A stretch of 11,906 nucleotides of DNA, from the NCBI GenBank assembly GCA_018985225.1, contig JADGIF010000278.1, positions 1 through 11,906 on the forward strand, read 5' to 3'. The position numbers and the translations under genes are program-made. Below are positions 7,977-11,906 of the stretch, in pieces. Each line of letters starts with the position of its first letter. Positions within the stretch are counted from its first letter, which is position 1. This DNA comes from Amoeboradix gromovi X-113. Taxonomy: Eukaryota; Fungi; Sanchytriomycota. Under the pieces are notes generated by a model, which was given only the letters and a program-made list of their open reading frames with translations, was not told the DNA's origin and made no database searches.

Positions 7977-8359
7977 ACAGATTTGAAGTTCCAATATTCT
8001 CTCTTTCTAATTGCAAAAACTCGATATTCTTTTTTCTCTATGAAGTCAAATTCCTACATATCACCACAGCCAAAATACGTTGAATCATAAGGCGTACCAA
8101 GAGATTTGAGCATACTCTTTTGCGTTCAGAAAAAAGTGTAAAGATGAATTTCAATCCAAGGAAAAGGGAAAGACATTGGTGAAATGTAATTAAGCATGTA
8201 GTATTCAAACTGTACAAGGTGTGATACTCTAGAGAGATCCAATTTGCAGAAATTATGATTGCAAACTATCATTTTGAAGTTGAAAGAGAGCATACGCCAG
8301 CCAAGAACATATGCTTGAAGTATGTGCATCCATGTTTAATCCCACCTCAGCGTGATTAG
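7977..8359 (+). pseudogene. Decayed Fanzor2 / IS607-type TnpB nuclease gene (RuvC-II region, zinc finger, RuvC-III), with multiple frameshifts and stops
   Basis: Motifs in the expected order across frames: TDLKFQYSLFL (7977-8009, +3); TLNHKAYQEI*AYSFAFRKK...KEKGKTLVKCN*ACSIQT (8077-8211, +1); CTRCDTL (8211-8231, +3); ICRNYDC (8242-8262, +1); FEVEREHTPAKNICLKYV...* (8273-8359, +2). This corresponds to the family consensus G..(L/V)..vnEaYTSqTCxxCG...CxnxxC...dRDxNxAxNIllk. Confidence 0.72.
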
Positions 8360-8473
8360 ACCGTGAGCAACCACTATGGCGGCCCAATTGACTTCATGAG
8401 TTTCTCTGCGAAACTATTGATTTCGAGGTAAGCAGGACTTTTAGTGAAGAGTCCTGTTCTTCATAAAGTCCCG
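8360..8473 (+). ncRNA. Candidate omegaRNA scaffold / transposon right end downstream of the Fanzor2-like relic
   Basis: Closing helix 8390-8400 GACTTCATGAG / 8460-8470 TTCATAAAGTC (10 of 11 pairs). It encloses hairpin CGAAA 8409-8413/TTTCG 8421-8425 and a 12-bp hairpin AGCAGGACTTTT-AGTG-AAGAGTCCTGTT (8431-8458, two G.U pairs). It lies right after the relic stop codon. Confidence 0.5.
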
Positions 8474-8499
8474 TATTTTTCCATACATTAGGCAAATTA

Positions 8500-9378
8500 A
8501 TGTCCAAATCTATAGGAATTCCAATTCGCGATACTTGGAATGATACTATTCTAGAATGCGTATCCATTGTTGCAATGTTTTTCTTTGGCTTGTTTGACGT
8601 TATTGTTGGCTGCACCGGATTAGTTTACGCGGCCAATATTTTACAGCTAATTTTTAAACCAAAACGCGTTCTGGATGTAACAGAAACATCCAAGAGTGAT
8701 TTAGTATACTGCTCTTGGCTCATTTGTTGCCATGGTGTCTCTAACTTGAGTATAAATCAAATAAGCGTCGAAGACCTTGATGTTTACATTGTCAATCATA
8801 ACAGCAAGACTTTCGTCTGCTTTTTCTCTAATAACCCGTTCTTTCTACTTGATTTAAGAAAAGTACAAGCCGATAATGGGTTTATTCGTCGTGGATTAAC
8901 GCATTATATTAAACAGTTTTACATCATCAAGCAACGACTTCCAATTGACGAAAACCCTATTGTATTTACTGGTCATGGTGCTGGTGGTTCTGTTGCTACC
9001 CTGTTTAGTTGGTTTTATGAGAAACCTAGCCATGTTATTGTATTTGGTGCGTATCCCTTTGGTGATTTTTTATTTTGTGAAAAGTTCACCTGCGATTTGG
9101 TAGAAAGAGACATTATTATACAAAGATATTTAAGCGAAAAAGATATTTTTGCTAGATTTCCATCTTGTTCCAATCCAGATGCAAGCCCCGAGTCATTTAT
9201 GAACTATGATTTCCCTGGCACTTCAATTACGATTGCAGAAGATTCAAACATTGTATTTAGCTCAAAGTATATACCGACTAGCATATCACATTCTCTGCCA
9301 AGATATTATTACTTTGCGATTAAGAACACGGAAGAAATGCAGCTACCACTTCAGTCATTGCTTTACACGCAGGATTAA
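8500..9378 (+). CDS. Lipase class 3 (alpha/beta hydrolase) family protein with N-terminal hydrophobic segment; nucleophile Ser replaced by Gly (292 aa)
   Basis: IVFTGHGAGGSVATL matches the TGHSLGGA elbow; VFGAYPFGD..F matches tFGxPrvGn..F; KDIFARFP and SHSLPRY occupy the Asp and His positions. Confidence 0.8.
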   Translation: MSKSIGIPIRDTWNDTILECVSIVAMFFFGLFDVIVGCTGLVYAANILQLIFKPKRVLDVTETSKSDLVYCSWLICCHGVSNLSINQISVEDLDVYIVNHNSKTFVCFFSNNPFFLLDLRKVQADNGFIRRGLTHYIKQFYIIKQRLPIDENPIVFTGHGAGGSVATLFSWFYEKPSHVIVFGAYPFGDFLFCEKFTCDLVERDIIIQRYLSEKDIFARFPSCSNPDASPESFMNYDFPGTSITIAEDSNIVFSSKYIPTSISHSLPRYYYFAIKNTEEMQLPLQSLLYTQD

Positions 9379-9392
9379 ATAAATGAATAACT

Positions 9393-10646
9393 CTATTTAC
9401 TTAAAGATACTATAAATTGATCGTCTTCACTAAACTGCTGCTGAAATATTTTATCCAGTTCTCTTGGAGATGCGTTCAAAATCAAGCACAGCTCATCGGT
9501 GTCCTTGTTGTTACGAACAAGCGGTAGTATGTCATTCATTTTACCATTATAGTCCGCCTGACTGAGTAGTGATGATGAATGGTAATGTCTTAATTTGCCT
9601 TCTCTTCTTAAGATCGGATATTCACGGATTCGATGAATAAATTTGTTCAGGATTCCAAACACATAAAACCTTCTTACATCGAGCAGATCAGTAGGGAATG
9701 CGACTCGATGAATGAACTCGTCGACGCTCTCACCAGGCAAAATTCTGCTGTAGTAGATGATGATATCTATTGAATTGCTCGTAATCTTCGAAGAGTATTT
9801 TAGTGCTAAAGATTTCAAGTGCTTGTTGTTACAAAAAGACAGGAATGACGAGTTTAAGGAATAGCAATTTCTAAACTGAAATATATCAGATAAGTCTACC
9901 AGATTGTAATAGTACAGCTGCTGAACTACAAGTTTTACTAGGTCAATAGCACAATTTGTTTTACTCGAAATTCGCTTAATAGAATCAATACCATTTATTT
10001 CAATTACAATCCTCTTGATGTTCGGACATATGATATCCATTTCATCCATGGAGCAAGTCGGAACAGGAACGGAATAATCTAAAATGTGATCCATTAAAAT
10101 TTTACGAATTTTCGGTTGGCTAGTAAATATGCTCAAGTAATTTAAATCATCAAATAAAATGTTTATTTGATCAGATATCATTATCTTGGCTTTCATAATA
10201 TTTAACAAATATCTGATATTCTTACGGCTTTCATCTTTTGTTATAAACTGAGTCATGATTTCAAATTCTTTTAATTTTATAGCTATTTTACGGATCACTT
10301 GCTGCAACTGAACCTTGGAAGAGATTTTTGTTACGATAGAGTCCTCTTCTTTACCAAAAGGAATAATATCATCTTCATCCGAAAAGGTCGAGTTGGATAG
10401 ATCTAGTACCACACCTATGTTGAATGCAAATATGTTACGATCATATTTGACATCTTCGATATAAACGGGATGGCTAACTAATAAATAGTGGTCTATTTCA
10501 ACGCATAACAGACGATTGCAAAAGAATGATTTAGGAATAAAAAAGGAGCTGAAGTAATCAATCTGGTGGAAGTCATTGGGTACTTGATGCACTAATTTTG
10601 GACCTGAGTTGGAATCAAATTCAGTATAGAACACTGACATGTTCAT
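9393..10646 (-). CDS. NPR2: Nitrogen permease regulator 2 (GATOR1/SEACIT subunit, NPRL2 homologue), 417 aa
   Basis: SVFYTEFD..SGPKLVHQVP, FIPK..FCNRL, HPVYIEDVKYDRNIFAFNIG, INGIDSIKRIS, QQLYYY, DIFQFRNCY, DVRRFYVFGILNKFIHRI.EYP, DELC. Confidence 0.96.
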   Translation of the reverse strand: MNMSVFYTEFDSNSGPKLVHQVPNDFHQIDYFSSFFIPKSFFCNRLLCVEIDHYLLVSHPVYIEDVKYDRNIFAFNIGVVLDLSNSTFSDEDDIIPFGKEEDSIVTKISSKVQLQQVIRKIAIKLKEFEIMTQFITKDESRKNIRYLLNIMKAKIMISDQINILFDDLNYLSIFTSQPKIRKILMDHILDYSVPVPTCSMDEMDIICPNIKRIVIEINGIDSIKRISSKTNCAIDLVKLVVQQLYYYNLVDLSDIFQFRNCYSLNSSFLSFCNNKHLKSLALKYSSKITSNSIDIIIYYSRILPGESVDEFIHRVAFPTDLLDVRRFYVFGILNKFIHRIREYPILRREGKLRHYHSSSLLSQADYNGKMNDILPLVRNNKDTDELCLILNASPRELDKIFQQQFSEDDQFIVSLSK

Positions 10647-10674
10647 GTTTGGAAAATATATTTAAAACTATTTA

Positions 10675-11906
10675 CTAATCTTTCAATTTTAATGGTGCAA
10701 CCAATTCAATGTATCTTAAGGCAGGCCACTTATTATCCTTGAATGGGCAGAGGCCACGATCTCTCATCAGATCAGTAGCTCCATTCTTACCAAGGGACTG
10801 AACCTTACACCCTATCCATTCAAATCTTTCGCACAACTTTGGGGCACTTAAATGCAAATCTTTTAGAAGCGCGCTGATTTCCATATCTACTCCTTCGTGA
10901 TTTAAAATACTAGGACTATTTAACAAAACGCAGCTAAAGTGCTCTTTATGTAAAACCAAAATCAACAGATAATTCATAATCTTCTGCTTCATTGGTTTCG
11001 TCAGTAAATGCCTGTATTTGGAGTACTCATCTGAAGTAAACTCTGTAAATTCAGACATTAGATATTCTGCAACTTCTTCAGAGCAATACAGCAGCTTTTT
11101 GAGGCTAATTAAATTCATGTTGTTCTTGCTATTGTGCTTGTATAGTTTGATGAGCATATCAATGACTAGATACAATCTTATACCATCAATATCAGTGGTC
11201 TTGTTTTTTGCAAGTCTCAAAATATGTTGTTTACAGTACAAACTGATATTGCTCAAAACGCTTTTCAACTTCTCAATATCATGGAATGCATCTAATATAC
11301 GTTTAATGTTCAATTTACTTAATGTTTCTGCGGTAATAATGCCTTCTATCGGATAAATAGCCTGGACATTTGTAGTCTCTGGATCAAATGGCACTAACAA
11401 ACTCCTGAAATTCGATTCCGTTGCCTGCACATCAGGCGATTCAGATGTATTGCCAACCATAACTTGCTGAAGAGCATCTAAAGTACCTTGATGCACAGTG
11501 TTCTTTTCCATATTTTTCAGCATTGTTTTAGTTTTTCGAGTTCCGAAATCAGCACCTAACTGCTTTTTAGCTTCATAGCGATTCAATTCTCTGGTTTGAA
11601 TTGGCTTGTGGTTAAAATCAACTGATCCTTTTATAAAATGAACGCTCTCAAGTGTTCCATTTGACTCATAATAATAATCATAATCATTACTAGACGTACC
11701 AGTGTATACAATGTTATCATAGACAGCAGTCATTGTAACTATACCATTATCGTTTGACACTAGAGGCACAGTGTGTTTGAATAATTGATGAGAAAAGTCT
11801 CCGATTAACATAGAGGTTTCGTCCTCATTAAAGGTCCTGATTGCCTCAGAAATACCGACAAAGCCAGTAGGTCCACTACGATGGCAGTTCACCCCCGCTA
11901 CCCTAT
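10675..11906 (-). CDS. RPA49: RNA polymerase I subunit A49 (RPA49/PAF53); 5' end uncertain
   Basis: LGADFGTRKTK, VPFDPETTNVQAIYPIEGII, KIMNYLLILVLH, DLHLS..KL...FEWIGCKV and EL.APLK are typical of the A49 family. The ORF-track start at 11892 is GTG and the frame is open to the window edge; the first in-window ATG is 11811. Confidence 0.88.
   Translation of the reverse strand, partial: RVAGVNCHRSGPTGFVGISEAIRTFNEDETSMLIGDFSHQLFKHTVPLVSNDNGIVTMTAVYDNIVYTGTSSNDYDYYYESNGTLESVHFIKGSVDFNHKPIQTRELNRYEAKKQLGADFGTRKTKTMLKNMEKNTVHQGTLDALQQVMVGNTSESPDVQATESNFRSLLVPFDPETTNVQAIYPIEGIITAETLSKLNIKRILDAFHDIEKLKSVLSNISLYCKQHILRLAKNKTTDIDGIRLYLVIDMLIKLYKHNSKNNMNLISLKKLLYCSEEVAEYLMSEFTEFTSDEYSKYRHLLTKPMKQKIMNYLLILVLHKEHFSCVLLNSPSILNHEGVDMEISALLKDLHLSAPKLCERFEWIGCKVQSLGKNGATDLMRDRGLCPFKDNKWPALRYIELVAPLKLKD

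Noticed and set aside
8424-8434. U1 snRNA 5' end (CTTACCT on the minus strand), or RNase MRP motif AAAGTCCCG nearby
   Set aside because: No U1A loop (ATTGCAC), Sm site or MRP partner strand in the right arrangement.
8126-8615. Minus-strand ORFs 8126-8329 and 8394-8615
   Set aside because: No motifs; they lie antisense to the Fanzor relic, the structured segment and the lipase start.
11018-11356. 112-aa plus-strand ORF
   Set aside because: Antisense shadow of RPA49.
11816-11831. Hammerhead-like TTAATGAGGACGAAAC on the minus strand
   Set aside because: The core differs from CUGAUGA at two positions and there is no room for stem II.
11837-11855. 19-nt intron-like GTATTTCTGAGGCAATCAG on the minus strand
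   Set aside because: Splicing joins RPA49 to a frame with a nearby stop and no ATG; it cannot be supported as a coding intron.
1-11906. CRISPR array, tRNA or rRNA genes
   Set aside because: No spaced direct repeats, cloverleaf or rRNA signatures were seen; the gene content is eukaryotic.

Overview
AT-rich, very gene-dense eukaryotic DNA read in the standard genetic code. The gene set and compaction suggest an early-diverging fungus or related holomycotan with a reduced genome; this is inference only. Nine host genes are present: an LRRC58-like LRR protein, an extended SDR/epimerase, an ADAM metalloprotease, a myristoylated TLDc protein (Rtc5/MEAK7-like), a PNUTS/Ppn1-like PP1 regulator, a miniature Sen2, a class-3 pseudo-lipase, NPR2 and RPA49. 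Most are separated by only 14-53 bp. Two things are not shown by the ORF track. (1) The two minus-strand ORFs at 5732-7086 are one PNUTS-like gene joined by a 20-nt GT-AG intron (6133-6152). (2) Each of the two largest intergenic gaps holds a frameshifted TnpB/Fanzor-like relic followed by a foldable non-coding segment where an omegaRNA would be expected. One is a fairly clear Fanzor2-type fossil at about 7977-8359 with a three-way-junction fold at 8390-8470. The other is a weaker C-terminal fragment at 2-212 with a long-range helix at 220-408. A roughly 227-bp imperfect foldback (7724-7950) precedes the second relic. All family assignments come from motif recognition by eye; no searches or folding programs were run.
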